From positions 135,656,001-135,720,000 of the forward strand of contig NC_042997.1 in the NCBI RefSeq assembly GCF_006345805.1: a DNA stretch of 64,000 nt, written 5' to 3'. Both the position numbers and the translations under genes were made by a program. Below, piece after piece: positions 38,385-52,107 of this stretch (positions are counted from its first letter, which is position 1; every line of letters starts with the position of its first letter). The notes under the pieces are model-generated. The model did not search any database, had not been told where the DNA came from, and saw only the letters and a list, made by a program, of their open reading frames with translations. Source of the DNA: Octopus sinensis (taxonomy: Eukaryota).

Positions 38385-40140
38385 AAACATCATACAAAAA
38401 ATAATCATAAACGAAAAATGAGCCAACAGGGGGTTACTTCAGTGGTAAAACAGCTTGTGAAAAATAGCAGTTAAATCGCATTTCAAATCTCATTCTAACA
38501 TCTCTAGAAAGAAAAACAAAGTTATTGTTTCAGTTGTACAATACATTTCAGGCTGACCAAAAACACCTGCTACATGCAATTAGATGGCGAATGTTTGGCG
38601 CCAACGGCATATCTGTGGCCTTTGCCTACTATTACTTACCTGAGGAATACACTACAGCCCTGGTATGTAGGAATCATATAGAGTGCACAGATTATATAAT
38701 GGATTGTATGCAGTGGATTGTGTAGACAGTACAGTATATAGAAAATATCGACTATTGAGCGTACTGTATGTACACAACCTAATGGTTTCTCACTATTGTT
38801 CAGTATGTTACATACTTTCCATAGGGCATTTGGCATGTTGCAAGGTGTTTTAATTGTCACTAATCCATAATTTGAGGAGGATTTAGCTGAAATTTCTAGT
38901 AGATCGAGTGACTGCTATGAGGCTTCTTTATTAGTTCACTTTATTTTCATAAGATTGTATTGGTAGAAGCAGCGGAAGTTAGCAAAATACACTATGCCAA
39001 AGCGAGAGAGTTGCTGTTTTTCTGTACTTATTAGTAGTGTACATCTTTATACAGAGTTTGAGGTTGTGAGTAAGGGATAATACTTTTAAGATATTTTTGA
39101 AGTTTAGTTCTAGTATCGTAGATGTGTTGTCTCTTTGTTGCGACGGGTTATCCTTTATATAGTTCCCATGGGCTTGCACTAAGAAAACCTGTTCATTTTT
39201 ACTAAGTTGGTGACGATTTGTAGGCGATTTGTGAACATTATACAACCAATTTTTATATAAAGTGTACTTACTTTTAGTTTGTTATAAAGTGGCATAGTGG
39301 GATTAGGTCAGACACGACCGATGTACTTCATGTTGGACATAGCGAATTTCTTATACACGAATACAGTCACTATAGTGAGTTGATTTAGAGATACGAATTT
39401 CGAAGACTTCGTATTTGAATGAAACAATAACTTTGTTTTACTTTCCAGAGATGTTAGAATGAGATTGGAAATGCGATTTATTCTTTACAAGATGTTTTAC
39501 CACTGAAGTAACCCCGTGTTGGCCCATTTTTTTCTTTATGATTTTTTTGTATGCTGGTTTTATTTGATGTTCTCTGATGCTTCTGGTAATAAAAGTGTTG
39601 GCTGTTGTTAGTGTACTGAGGTTGTTAGCTAGCCGTATGTCAGTCCTGATTGTAGGTTCCAGTCATGAATTTTTCTCTAATTGTATATATAAGGGACCCA
39701 CTTATGCAATGTGTTCTTCCTGTTTTATGACGACAGTTGGGTGTTAAATGAGAGCAATTTGACTGTTATTTGTAGCAGTACGAGTGACCATGTAGAGGTC
39801 AATATATTAGCTGGAAGAACATTGGTAATTTTGCGATGTGTTATTGTAGGTCCATCAAGTTTGAAACAAGTGTGTAGTTTGGAAAAGCTATGAAGCTATA
39901 CCTATGGCATGTTCAAGAATTATGTGTGTCATGTCAAAAGCATGTGCAGTTTTGTGTATCTTTTGAGCAGAAACGAGTAAGTAATGTAAGTTCAGATAAA
40001 AAAAAAAACTGGAGAAGCTGAATCCTTGGAGTACACTGTTCGAAGAATTGCTGTTTCTTGTTTTACTGATGCTTTATAGAGATATAGTTGAACAGTAATC
40101 GAATTTGCTAGCTAATGATATCTATTAAGGAAGCGTTGAG
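38385..40140 (-). mobile_element. Old, heavily decayed PLE-like relic with ~145 bp inverted repeat (38385-38531 vs 39420-39560)
   Basis: The inverted repeat is directly visible. A weak GIY-YIG-like VYKK..KYIG sits near 39320 on minus. Confidence 0.4.
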
Positions 40141-40617
40141 AAATCTATGTGTAATAAACGAAAACAATGTTTGTGGTACTCTAGAAATTTGTAACGGATT
40201 ATTGTGGTGATCTGGATCTGGTTTGAGTTTAAGAGCGATTAATTAACTAAACGATCATCAGAAATAAATTTCTACTCTTTCTAGAGTAGAAATTACGACT
40301 CAAGAATGAACAATGTCTCGAAATATTTGGAAGAAAAGCCGAATTTCCTTCCAATTTTATTGTATTCCCTTACTTATAAACCAATATTCCACGGGTCTTT
40401 ATCCTGGATATCATACGCTAAGTATGGTAACAGAATGCATCCTCAATTTCAAGACACCAGTAGGTTAAACAACGGATGTTGAAATAACCTACGAGCGGCT
40501 GTTCTGCATTGGACTACAAGCAACATACTTCAAAAGTTAAGAGTATTTTATTCCTAGAAACTAGTTTTTAAGGATAGTAGCATTCATGCCAGTTTGTACA
40601 CCATTATGGTCTTAAAA

Positions 40618-41846
40618 TCAGGTCGTCCCATAGGTTCTGTCCGATTTTACATTTTTTAAATTGAATGAAATTTAATAGTATTTTTATGCATTTGTGTACA
40701 TTTAAACTAATTAAATATTATTTTACAGAATAATAGAATTAACATTTCTTTGATTAAAACCCTTTCCAACATAGAAGTATTCAAATAGCATTTAAGGCAC
40801 ATAATGCTTTATGAATATGATATAGGAAACTCTGCAGCCAAGGCACACTCAGATTATGGGAAAGAATGCTTCATTGAAAGAATTTGTAGATGGGTTGCAA
40901 AATTCAGAAATGGAGATTTCAGCCTTGAAAATGAAGATCGAACAGAACGTCCAGTTGAGTTTGATGATAAGCTCATTGAGGCATTACTTGAAGAAAATCC
41001 TGCGTTATCAGTTGAAGAATTGGCAATAAAGCTTAGTTCAAACCGTACAACTGGTCATCGTTATCTTCAGCAACTTGGAAAGGCTCCTGAACTTCGAAAA
41101 TGGGTGCCTCAGGAATTGTAGGAAAGCAACCGCAAATCCCGAGTTGACATCTGCTCTTCTCATCATTCTCGCGAACTCATTTCACCCGTTTTGAATAGAC
41201 TTGTAACAGGTGACGAAAAATGGGTCTTCTATCGAAATGTTAAACGTCGTAAAAAGTGGCTTGGTAAAAGGGGAAAAGCTCACCCACAACCGAGAATGGA
41301 ACTTCATGGGAAAAAGTTTCTTCTCTCTATCTGGTGGATTGTAAAGGAGTAATTCACTTTGAATTGTTACCATCTAACACAACAATCATTGCTCAAGTCT
41401 ACTCTCAGTAATTAGAGCGTTTGAACCAAGCTTTGAAGAAACAAAGACCTGCTTTAGTGAATCGAAAAGGAGTGATGTTTCATCAGGACACTGCACGACT
41501 CCTGCAAACATCATATCACAGAAGATCGAAGAGCTTGGTTGGGAAAATAATCCTCATCCACCTTATTCTCCTGACCTCGCTCCTCCAGACTACCATTTGT
41601 TTCGTATTTCACAGAATCATTTGGGGGGCATAACTTTCGCAAGTCAGGTGGAGGTCGAAACTGACATGCTTCACTTTGAAACGAAAACATTTTTACATTG
41701 ATGGGATTAAAAAGCTTGTAAATAGATGGAAGGAAGCCATAGATAATCAGGGAAAGTACATTGAGGATTAAATTTCTATTAAATATAATATTTGATCACT
41801 TGTTTTCTTTATTCAAAAATCGGACATAACTTATGGGATGACCTAA
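40618..41846 (+). mobile_element. Full-length decayed mariner element
   Basis: TIRs tcaggtcgtcccataggttctgtccgatt / aatcggacataacttatgggatgacctaa. Motifs WVPQEL, VTGDEKWV and HPPYSPDLAPPDYHLF. Confidence 0.94.
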
Positions 41847-42389
41847 TAAAACTAATTTGCTTCAATAAATCTTGAAACTAGCTCATGAGATGAAATCACG
41901 ATACTTATTTCCTTTTGCTCTTCAACGCTTAACATTCGCACAATATTCCGTTAAAGGTTTTCAAATTTCTTTTATGAACACGATGCCTATATTATTGATA
42001 TGGATTATGTGCAATTTGAATAAAGATCTTGGATTCCTTGCCATGTAAAAGAAATGCTTTGATAAGCAAAGTACTTGTTTTCCGATTTTATTTTCCTTAC
42101 TGGATTAAATCAATATATTGAATATTCAGGTATTGATTGAAATCCCAGAATAGAATGCCGTGTTTTATTATTAATGTTACCAGGTTGAGAAAAATACTAT
42201 GCTGTCTGCTGGGAAAAAAATATATTACCGAGAATATTTAGAATAAACTTTATCTCTTGTATGTGACTTCGACTTGAATGCGTGTGTGAGTTAGTTTATA
42301 CCTAAATCCAAATTGTTTTCGCCTGTCATAGTTCCCATAGATAAAATACCTAACTATTGAAAGTTATAGGAGATACAAGAAAGGGATAT

Positions 42390-42620
42390 AGCTTCATGGG
42401 GCTGGTTCATATAGACTCATTAGGCCGTTTTCCCAGTTTCCGTCGTGCATATATTCCTCTCTGGACGGAACGCCGGCATGTCGCAGAATTATTCATTTTT
42501 GTCCGCTGAAAGGACTGGAGATTTAAATAAATATTGAATGAATCAATGTCTTTTCTGTTATGATGCCATATTGCAGAAATATTAGAATACCCGAAAACTA
42601 AAAAAGGAGTATTGTTCATT
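42390..42620 (-). mobile_element. Old SINE-like fragment
   Basis: ctggacggaacgccggcatgtcgcag..ccgctgaaaggactgg resembles recalled SINE central domains; degenerate. Confidence 0.35.
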
Positions 42621-43469
42621 CATCCTTGTATATTAACAGCGTTGATCTCGTCTTGCTTATCACAAAAACACGAGGTTTTAGGTTTTATAGGAGAGATAGT
42701 AAAGTCTGTAAGACTTTAACGGTAGAGTTTATACAAACTTAAACTATGCTAATTGTACCCTTGCATTGACTCTAGAACTGGCGTCTGAACTTCCAGTGCA
42801 AACCATATTATCATTGCTGTAATGTTGCTGACATTCAGCAACCGATCTTAAAAATTATCAAAATACGTGTCTAGATATAATTTAACAAATATACCCAAAC
42901 ATGTAAAAAAAAAAGTATAAATATATGAGTACATGATGGTAATATTGTTAAAATTATATAATGAACATATTGGCATGCAAAAAATCAATGAAGTAAATAA
43001 TGAATATTATGCCTGTTCATATTATTTTCTCATAAGTTAATTCTTTTCATAAAATATGAAATTCACTTCCCCGGGGAAATCTAAAACATTTACGGAGGAA
43101 AGTTAAAGTTCCTCCGAAATTCAAACTTCATGGATATCAATGGAAATTTGTATAATCTTATTTATAATTTAATTATTTATCAGGATAAATTTTCAGTGCA
43201 TTGCGTATATGCTGTGCAATATGCGTGTTTGTGCCCAGAGGTCATTCATTTCAAATTGAAAAATGGTATTTTTAATTAACTAATTTTTGTTATATACTTT
43301 ACAAAATCTATGTTACTTATACCATATGGCTTCTTTATCGTCAATAGTCATTACATCTCAGTGGGGAAATGGCTGTTCAATCTCAACCTCGAATATATTT
43401 ATAAATCAACCTGGTTGTAACATGTATATTATTTAGCATCTGACTATTCCGTAATTAGCATTTTACAAC

Positions 43470-46400
43470 TCGTATCCGAGCATTGGGTTCGTCAGTTTCT
43501 ATCCAGTTTTTTCGGTTGATGTTCGAGCCGAAAGTAACTTTGGATTCCAAGTCGTTAGTGAAAGAGTCGTGTGCAGAACTTGCGCGGCATGATCGGTGCA
43601 CGTTGAGGATGTTGAAGACACTCCGTTCCTCTCCTGCGTTTTGTCTTCATATTCTGTTATCTGTTCTGCTCGAAGGAGCTGGCTCCATTCCGGATAGTAG
43701 TTCTCGAGGTTGTCCAATCCATGACAATCTGTTCTCATGATGATAGCTGCATGTTAGTTTCAGCCAAGGTCCATTTGAGCTAGTCTTTAAAACGGAATTT
43801 CGGACCTCCTCTGGGTTTTGTCCGATTAAAAGTTCTCTTCAGGTCATGATACTTGGGAGACGAGAGGACGCCATACGCTGGATGTGATCAGCTCAGCGGA
43901 GACGATGGCGTAGAATGGTGGCTTCGACACTTGGAAGTGAGGCGGTACGAAGAACCTCGTTGTTGGTAACGTGATCTTCCCATTGTATGTTGAGGATCTG
44001 TCGTAGCTTCGATTGCTGGAATCATTCTAGGCGCTTGAAGTCACGGCGGTACATCGGCCAAGTCTCACAAGCGTAGAGTAGAATTGACATGACAATGCCA
44101 CGGAAGACCATGATCTTTGTCTGGATGGTCAGTGCATGATTGAAGAATACACGTCGGATGAATCTGCCGAAGGCGGAGTGGGCCGCCGAAATCCGGTTCT
44201 CCACGTCCTTTTGACATATGGGGGTCTTCGAAGGATACTTCCAAGGTATGTGAAATGTTCAACTTCATCTAGAGATTGGCCGTTGATGCTAATATTTGTG
44301 GGTGGACTGTTCTGGCCTGGTGCAGGATGGATCAGTGTCTTGATCTTTAAATGTGTTTACGTGCATCTTGAAGCGTTCGTAAGCCGCGTTGCAAAGATCG
44401 GCCGTCCTTTGTAGGCCATCTACTCTCCGGCTCGTAATGACATTTTCTTGGCATACCGCATCTCACGGACTGAGATGGAGGAGGTCCTCGACTTTGCACG
44501 GAGATGTGCGAGACTGAAGAGTCCGACATCCAAGCAATAACACATGTCGATGGAAGTGAGTCTAGTGGGATTTCGTTGAACATAATGGCCATGTACAAAG
44601 AGAACTGGGTTGGTGCCAGGACGCATCCTTGCATAAGACCTCAGTGATGGAAAACGGTTCTGTGAGAGCATTTTGATGGCATACTCTACCTACCATGCCG
44701 TCCTAGAGGAAGCGGACCAGGACAATGAAGTCCTCCGGACATCTAGCCCCGGCAAGGACGGGCAATATTGCAGGACGAGGTACCTTGGCAAAGGCTTTCT
44801 TGAGACCCCAGATGATAAACATTGCAGGCTGTTTTTGTTCTTCTCACTTCTGAAGTTGACGGGCACAAAAGATCATGTCGATTGTGCCTCGAGAGGGTCG
44901 AAAACCACACTGGGACTCAGAGAGCACGTCTTCCTCGAGGATGAGGAGACGAGTGAGTATGATACGGGCTAAGATCTTGCTTGCAATACACAGGAGTGAG
45001 GTGCCCCGATAGTTGTTGCAATCCTTTCAGTTTCCTTTCTTGTAGATGGTGATGGCAGTTTCATCGCAGACGTCGTTCGCTGTGGTCTTGCTTTCACAGA
45101 TCTTGAGGACAAGGAACATCAGATGATTTCTCAGCTCAGGACCTCTGTGCGTGAAAAACTCAAACGGGATGTTGTCTGGTCCTGGAGCTTTCCCCGGCTT
45201 CATGTACACAAGTATAGTGTTGAACTCATGGCATGAAGACGGCGGGGACATCCAATGGTGGATAGGGAGCTGAGGGGTGTTTTGGAGGAGATGGTCAGGA
45301 GTACATAAGTGGTCGTTAAGTTGGCACTCGAAGTGGGACTTCCAGCGATCAAGAATTCCCTGAGTGCCGCTTATCGTAGAGCCAGCTGCGTTCTTCAGGC
45401 CGCCCACTGATTACCTTTTGGGGCCGAAGATCTTGGTTGCGACAAAAATTCTGCCACCAGATCTTCTAAGCTTCTCGAATAACTCGTTGTCATTCTGCTG
45501 ATGCTTGCTGGTGTTTTCATTTGTTTTCTGCAGTGACATGGTTCTCGAGGTCTGGATTCTATAAGACAGGAGATGGTTTCATCATTCTCTTCAAACCATT
45601 GTTGCTCTTACTTCCGGGCAAAGCCGATCGTCTCCTCAGCGGCAGCGGCCATTGCTTCACGAAGGCTGGTTCAGCGATCCTCAATGGAGGTTGCCTCTGG
45701 GAGGTCCATCAGGTGCCTCTTAATGGTTTTCCTGAAGTCTTGGGATACATGTGATGTTTGCTGAGACCTGCTTGGTCGGCAGCAGATCTTGATGACAAGG
45801 CGAGAAATAAGAAGACGGTGATCCGCCAAGCAGTCATCTGCATCAGGCATGGAGCGAGTGATGTATACATTTCGTCTGTCCAAGGATATTGTCAGAACGT
45901 AGTCGAGGATGTGCCAGTGTTTATACCGTGGGTGTTTCCAGGTTGTCTTTTGTCAGCTAGGGAGACGATATATAGAGTTGGTAAGGATGAGTTTGTGCTC
46001 GGCGGAAAGGCCCAATGCCGTGATGGCCGAGAATGTCATTCCACAGACAATGATCACTGTCGACCCTGCCGTTAATGTCCCCTAACACAACGAGTTTGTC
46101 ATGCACGGGGACTGTCTGGGTAGTGCAGTGTAGCAGGATGTTGACTGAAGCCTTGACGTTGTCTTCAGATGTGAGGGTACGGGCATACACAGAGATCAGC
46201 GTAAGTAATCTATCCCGAATGAGCGGGATCCGAGCGGTCATGAGGCAGTCACTCACTGACGGCAGTTGGGACAAGTCTGTGTTTTTCCACGAGTTGCGTT
46301 TTGACAGCAAGGCCAATTCCATGGATGCATGATTCATTAGGATTCTTCCCCTTCCAAAAGATGGTGTATTTGGAGTTAGCTTCTCTGATGCTGCCTTCTC

Positions 46401-46888
46401 CGGGAAGCCTAGCCTCGCTCAAGGCTGCCACATCGATGTTTAAGCGAGCACGTTCCTTGAAGACAAGATCTCTACGTCGCTATGGTCGACTAATGCCACT
46501 CTTGTCATGAAAAGTGCGAATGTTCCAGGCACCGAAGGTGAGAGGTTGTGAAACATAGTATTTAATAGATTTCCGACCGCTAAGTGGGAGGTCTAACAGC
46601 CGCGGTTTGCTAGCCAGATCGAGTTGCCGTGTCCGATGTTTACCCCACCTTTTGTAGGGGTTTTCCATTGAGGGGTGGGCTGCGGTAATCCTAAAGAGGC
46701 CAGCCAGGTCATGAGTCTAGGTGATGAACTCCAATGTCACGGCTATGCATTGGAGGGCGAACATCTGAGATTCGCCGCCAATGTGTAGTCACGGACTAGA
46801 GATTTCCAGTTTTCTAGACCTGCCTTCGGTGCCCACGATACCATCGACATTGGGCTGGTTGAGACAGATTACAAAAACGAAGCCATTC
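43470..46888 (-). mobile_element. RTE-clade (BovB-like) LINE, decayed single ORF (APE plus RT); 5' UTR continues at 50741-50945
   Basis: LTFGAWNIRT, AALSEARLPGEG, YTIFWKGK, DHRLLIS, KAPGPDNIP, QGCVLAPTQF and ILLYACETW. Many frameshifts. Confidence 0.93.
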
Positions 46889-46988
46889 GCTGATTAGTTC
46901 GTTCGTTAGTTAGTTAGTTAGTTAATTTGGCTCAAAAGCAAATAGCAAGGCCATGTAGGGGGACATGGAGTTAAGTACAGGGTGGTGT

Positions 46989-49841
46989 TCATGTAAAGGG
47001 TTCAGGCCACTTGAGGTCCAGAGAGGCTTTGAACAAAGCGGTCGTCGGCATCTTCACCATCTCGTCTGGCAGCTTGTTCCACGGATCCGCAACCCGGACG
47101 GAGAAAGCTCCTCTCCTTCGATTGAGATGAAATCGTCGCAGGTAGAGCTTTTCGGAATGACCCCGCAGCCGACGCTCCGGAGCAGAAGTGAAGAACAGCT
47201 CTTTCGAGAGGTTACACTTCCCGCTTATGAAGTTGTGGGCGAGAATGAGATCACCACGGCGGCGGCGTTTTTCAAGAGAATAAAGGTCGAGCGTCCTCAG
47301 CCTTTCTTCGTAGGACAAATTTTTGAGACCATGAACCATGCGGGTAGCCAGCCTCTGGACTCTTTCGAGATGCTGTATGTCTTTGAGGAGATAAGGAGAA
47401 GAGGCTTGAATCCCATACTCCAATATGGGTCTCACCAGCGTGACATAGAGTGGTAGGAATATGGCTGCTGTGAGCATTCCGAATGACCGTCGAATCAAAA
47501 ACAGAATTCCGCGCGCTTTGTTGGCAGCATGGACGCACTGGGCCGAAGGCGAAAAGGAGGAATCCACCAAGATACCCAGGTCCTTTACCTGATCGGTCCT
47601 CTCCAGCAGCAGACGACCCGGCTCGAAATCAAGTTGAGTTGCAGGAGTAGAGCCGACAGGCAGATGACAGCAATTTGACACGTTCAGACACAGGTCTCAA
47701 TCGTTAGACCACTTCCAAATTTGGTGGAGGCATCGACGAAGATCCTCTATACTACCGCGAGGAGCGACCAGTTTGATATCGTCGGCAAATAGAAGGGTGT
47801 GTTGCGTGAGGTCGTCGGGCAAGTCATTTATGAAGACTAAGAACAACAAGGGCCCAAGCACTGGACCTTGAGGCACGCCACTGCTCGCACTGGAGACGTC
47901 GGACCGCGAACCATTAACTTGAACTTGGAAGGAGCGATCTGAGAGGAAGGCACCAACCCATCGTACAATATCCGGATGGAAACTATATGCTTGAAGCTTG
48001 ACAAGTAGTAGGCGGTGGTTTACCGAGTCAAAAGCTTTGGCAAAGTCCAATAAAACGATGTCAACAGCATCACTATCATCGAGGATGCGCCTCACCAATT
48101 CTTCCATTACTAGTAAGTTGGTCAAGCATGATCTCTTCGGCACGAAGCCTTGTTGGGAATCAGTGCTCGAGGCTGTGTTTAGGAGGTGGAGCATCATACT
48201 TTTCTTAAGGATGGTTTCGAACATCTTGCTGATTATTGATGTAAGGGAAACCGGTCGGTAGTTAAGCGGGTCTTCGCGGCTCCCTTTCTTGAAAATTGGG
48301 CAGATTATCGCTGTTCTCCAGTCTGCAGGTATAACACCCGTCGCCAATGACATATTGAATAGTCGTGTTAAGGGCTCGCAGATGACCGGAGCCAACGCTT
48401 TGATAACCCGTGGGTGTATGCCGTCAGGGCCGTGACCCTTGTTGACATCGAGGCCTTGAATAACACGTTTGACTTCGTCCCGCGTGATGACCAATCGAAG
48501 CATTGGAGGTACCGATCTATCAAATGGAGGGGGTTCACGACCATCATCTTGTTTGAAAATAGTTGAAAAAGCCTCGGCAAATAATTGACTCTGTTGATAA
48601 GGGTCCTCAATCGATACGCCTGTTGAGTCTACCAACGTTGCAATCTGGTTGTTCAAGCGGGAATTCCGCTGGACAAGGGCAAAGAAGGTTTTTGGATTGC
48701 TACTGGCATTTGCCGCGATTTTGTATTCATAACTGAAGCGTTCTTTCTTTTCAATTTTCACGGCTCGGTCTCGTTGAGTTTTGTATACCTCAAAAGCTGC
48801 AGTCGAATCCAGATTTTTGAATTCAGCCCAAGCAATATCTCTGAGTCGACGTTCTCGTTTAACCTTCTTCGTCACCCAGGGCTTGTGTTTCTTCCTCTTG
48901 GGAAGCCCAACGGGAACTGCCTGGTCAGTCAAACAGATTACATATGCTTTGAGGGATGACCATAGTTCGTCAACTGAGGACAACGTCATCAGGGATCGCC
49001 AGTCCAGAAGCGCGGAAGCCTCGGTTAGAATTTCAAGATTAATTGCAGAGAATACTCTACGTGGCAGCGAAGTAACCGTGGGCGTAGAAAAAGTTGTGTG
49101 CATGACGAACTTCAGGACCGCATGATCACTCTTGGCAAGAGGGGCGCACACAGATACGTCTGACACTGATCTTGGATAGCGGGAGAATACCAGATCTAGC
49201 ATAGATGGCTGCTGCCCAGACCGATGCCTTGTCGGATATTCAACATGTTGCGATAGAAAACAATCTTCAGCCACGTCAAGAAGGGCCTGGCCGAACCGGG
49301 AAGATGTTGTACAAATTGATGCGGGCCAATCGATCGTGGGAGCGTTGAAGTCGCCTAGTACCAAGCAGTCATGCGAAGCTGAAACGAATCTTATCGCTTC
49401 GAGTAGATGAGCATCGTCCTGGGGGTCGGCAAGAGGCGGCCTGTAGACAGCCAACACGGGCAGGCAAAACTCAGATAGGCTCAGCTTGCAATAGACGGCA
49501 TCGAATTTTGTTGTAGGTTGAGCATTTGTGGGTAGAATACCGCAGGACGGTTTGTGCTCAGACTTAACATACACAGCAACACCTCCACCTCGCCTTTTTC
49601 CTCTGTCACATCTGAAAAGGACGTAGCCCTGCAGGTGGATTTCTGAGTCCTTTACTGCTGGAGTCAGCCAAGTCTCGGTGATAGCTATCACATCAGGGGA
49701 GTCACGTATGGCCAGTGTAAATAGTTCACTGAACTTTGGGAATAAGGAGCACGAGTTGGTGTAGACGATGCTGAGCTGTGACGTCTGGGGAACAAGCAGA
49801 ATAAAGGGCATCAGAGATAGCATCGTTGACGGGGGTATCAA
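46989..49841 (-). pseudogene. LINE ORF2 (APE endonuclease plus reverse transcriptase) with one in-frame TGA at 47697-47699
   Basis: ITETWL, GGGVA, GDFN, SDH, NYRPVSLTS, DFAKAFDSV, GVPQG, FADD, RRRRGDLI and WNKLP. The 714 aa and 230 aa ORFs are in the same frame (WSND*DLCLN). Confidence 0.93.
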
Positions 49842-49859
49842 CTTTACTTCGATTTGCCC

Positions 49860-50612
49860 TCACATCACTTTCCCTGTCAGCACTACAGCATGGGACCAGA
49901 GGTAGGACTTGATTATCTGTCCATCTTGGATTCGTAAACCCTTCTCTCCCATTTGTTTCCTCATCTTTAGTTCGGATATCAGGTTCCTCCGGCGAATTCT
50001 CTCTCTTAGTGAGTATTCCTCGCGAAAACCCATATTGGGGTCCTCCCAGGCATGCGTCTGAGCTCTGTTCAGAAAGACTGAAGCCTCCCGATCAGAAGAA
50101 AAGATTACCCTTATTGGGCGTGGTCTAGTATCTGCTGTTGGGTTCGCTTGGAATCTTCCTAGCCGAGCGACCTTAAGAACACTGACATTTTCGTTCACAG
50201 AGAACAATTCTCCAACCAAAATGGAAACAAAATTAATGTCATCTTTTAGGCGGTTTATGCCTGTATCACAGGTGGATTCAGCTTTGCCATATATTATTGC
50301 TGATCTTGAGTGGGCAAAAAGTTCTCTACTATGAGCTGCGGTATTCGATTCTTCATTGGAGGATTTCGAAAGGGTGGTTTCATAGCCATCGGACTTATGT
50401 CGGCCTGTGGGGTCGATCGGAATGGATTTAGTGGTCATAATTTTCCCACCTGGTTTGGAACTGCACTGCCTCTTCTTCGGTTTGGGGGAGCACCACTCCC
50501 CAGATGAACTCACATCGAGATCGTTCAGAATTGGTTGAGCAATGGCATTAATGGGAAGGACAAGTGAAGGAGAATCCAAACAGATTTTATCGTGATCAGG
50601 TTTCATAGCCAA
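49860..50612 (-). CDS. LINE ORF1 protein (putative RNA-binding chaperone)
   Basis: 250 aa ORF directly upstream of ORF2. RLGR..RPRPIRVIF and ER..RR.L..ELK..K..GEK are typical of CR1/L2 ORF1. Confidence 0.8.
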   Translation of the reverse strand: MAMKPDHDKICLDSPSLVLPINAIAQPILNDLDVSSSGEWCSPKPKKRQCSSKPGGKIMTTKSIPIDPTGRHKSDGYETTLSKSSNEESNTAAHSRELFAHSRSAIIYGKAESTCDTGINRLKDDINFVSILVGELFSVNENVSVLKVARLGRFQANPTADTRPRPIRVIFSSDREASVFLNRAQTHAWEDPNMGFREEYSLRERIRRRNLISELKMRKQMGEKGLRIQDGQIIKSYLWSHAVVLTGKVM

Positions 50613-50740
50613 ATCTGCCCCTCTGGAATTTTGACTACGTTTCTTCTTGTCTGAGGTGATCGTGGCTGCGCGACGAGCTGCCGGAGTTTATCCGCCTTTG
50701 TCACGTCTACCCGCCAGGCGTTGCTCTCTTCCGCCGGAGT

Positions 50741-50945
50741 CATTCCGTAGGAGCTTCAAATACCCCTCCTCCGCTTGCTCTGCCGTTGGGGTCTTGATGA
50801 TGGTCTCTGGTCGTGTTTAGTCTGGGACCTCATCCTCGACCCTGCCGCCATGGGTAGCCCTACCCGGAGTCTAAAACTCCAGACGGTATCGCTCTCATAA
50901 TCCTTGCAACACACGCGCTCCTCCACCACAACAACGGACGACCAT
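50741..50945 (-). mobile_element. 5' UTR of the RTE LINE (structured)
   Basis: ggtcgtccgttgttgtggtggagg...ggtagggctacccat...cagactaaacacgacc resembles recalled RTE/BovB 5' ends. Confidence 0.75.
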
Positions 50946-52107
50946 AACTAATATTTCTATATTAATAAATACCCACTCTAAACAAAATTCAAAATATATA
51001 TAATTAAACAAAAAATCTAGAAATGCGTACATGAACGTATATTGATGTAACGAATAATCATTAACTGTTGTCAGTTTGTGTTGTCTGAGATACAGAACTA
51101 TTTTGAATGATTATATAGAGATGTAGTAACGTATATGATACAGAAGGAAGCAACTGAAAACAAATCTTCAAGTTATTTACAGCTACACGTCATTAATCCT
51201 TAAACTCCTTAAATAGATATGCCATTACTCGGACTATCAATTATGTATATGAAAGAATACGGATTTCAGCGAGAACTGTACATATTTTGTGCTCTTGGAT
51301 AACAAAGAGATTAAATTTAACTCTATGCAGCTTCTCAGTGCTTCTCACATCAGTCTGAAATAATATTTATTTAACATTTCGCAAGTGTTCTTCAAGACCA
51401 TATAGGATTATATTATTTATATATAGGTGAAATTTGAAAAAGATTCTGCTCATATATTTTGCACGCAGGTCAACGGCCTGAAGGCTTCTTGTTGTTTTGT
51501 TCATTTACTATTTGGTTTAAGAAGTGATTTATATGGAATATTTTCTTGAGATTAGGATTACAATAACTTGACGTATTTGTAAACCTTGATGACCAATCCA
51601 GATTGCTCTTCTTATGTTCAGATATTCGTAACTGCTATATATCGTCATGTGAAAATAATCGAATCAATGTTTATTGTCAATTTTCATGAATTATCTGTAG
51701 GTGCCAAATAGCTATTCAAGATATTGCTTTTGATATTAAGTTATACATTGATATCGATGGACCTTACATCAGGTAACTAATAATGATATATCTGGAGTAG
51801 GTTTTGATATGTTATTCTTTAAAAAGACAGGGTAGTTTAAAAATAAATTTTAGCTGGCGTTTCTCGGAAGTCGAGTGACTACGTAGAGACTTTCTAATCG
51901 CTTAAAACATGCTCTCTGATGACATCAAAGCTATATATGATGCACTATTTAAAGCCCCTTCATACTAGCTATGGGGATGCATAAACTGATGAGGGCATTC
52001 ACCTACTGCTTTCCGAATCAGAATGATAGAAAAATTTCAAGATGTTTACCTTTAGGCTTTGCAGCATTAATCATGTGATAAATAAATTTCCCTTTGTATA
52101 GAATACT

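Larger units (their letters stand above)
46889..50740 (-). mobile_element. Young, nearly intact CR1-group LINE nested in the RTE 5' UTR
   Basis: ORF1 plus ORF2, (TAAC)n-type 3' tail at 46889-46925, and a possible 5 bp TSD cattc (46884-88, 50741-45). Confidence 0.92.

Noticed and set aside
50603-50743. 46-codon uORF overlapping the LINE ORF1 ATG (ATGA)
   Set aside because: Its ATG lies in the putative target-site duplication, so it is probably created by the insertion junction.
51986-52030. CTGATGA hammerhead-like start
   Set aside because: No convincing stem II, GAAA or stem I pairing.
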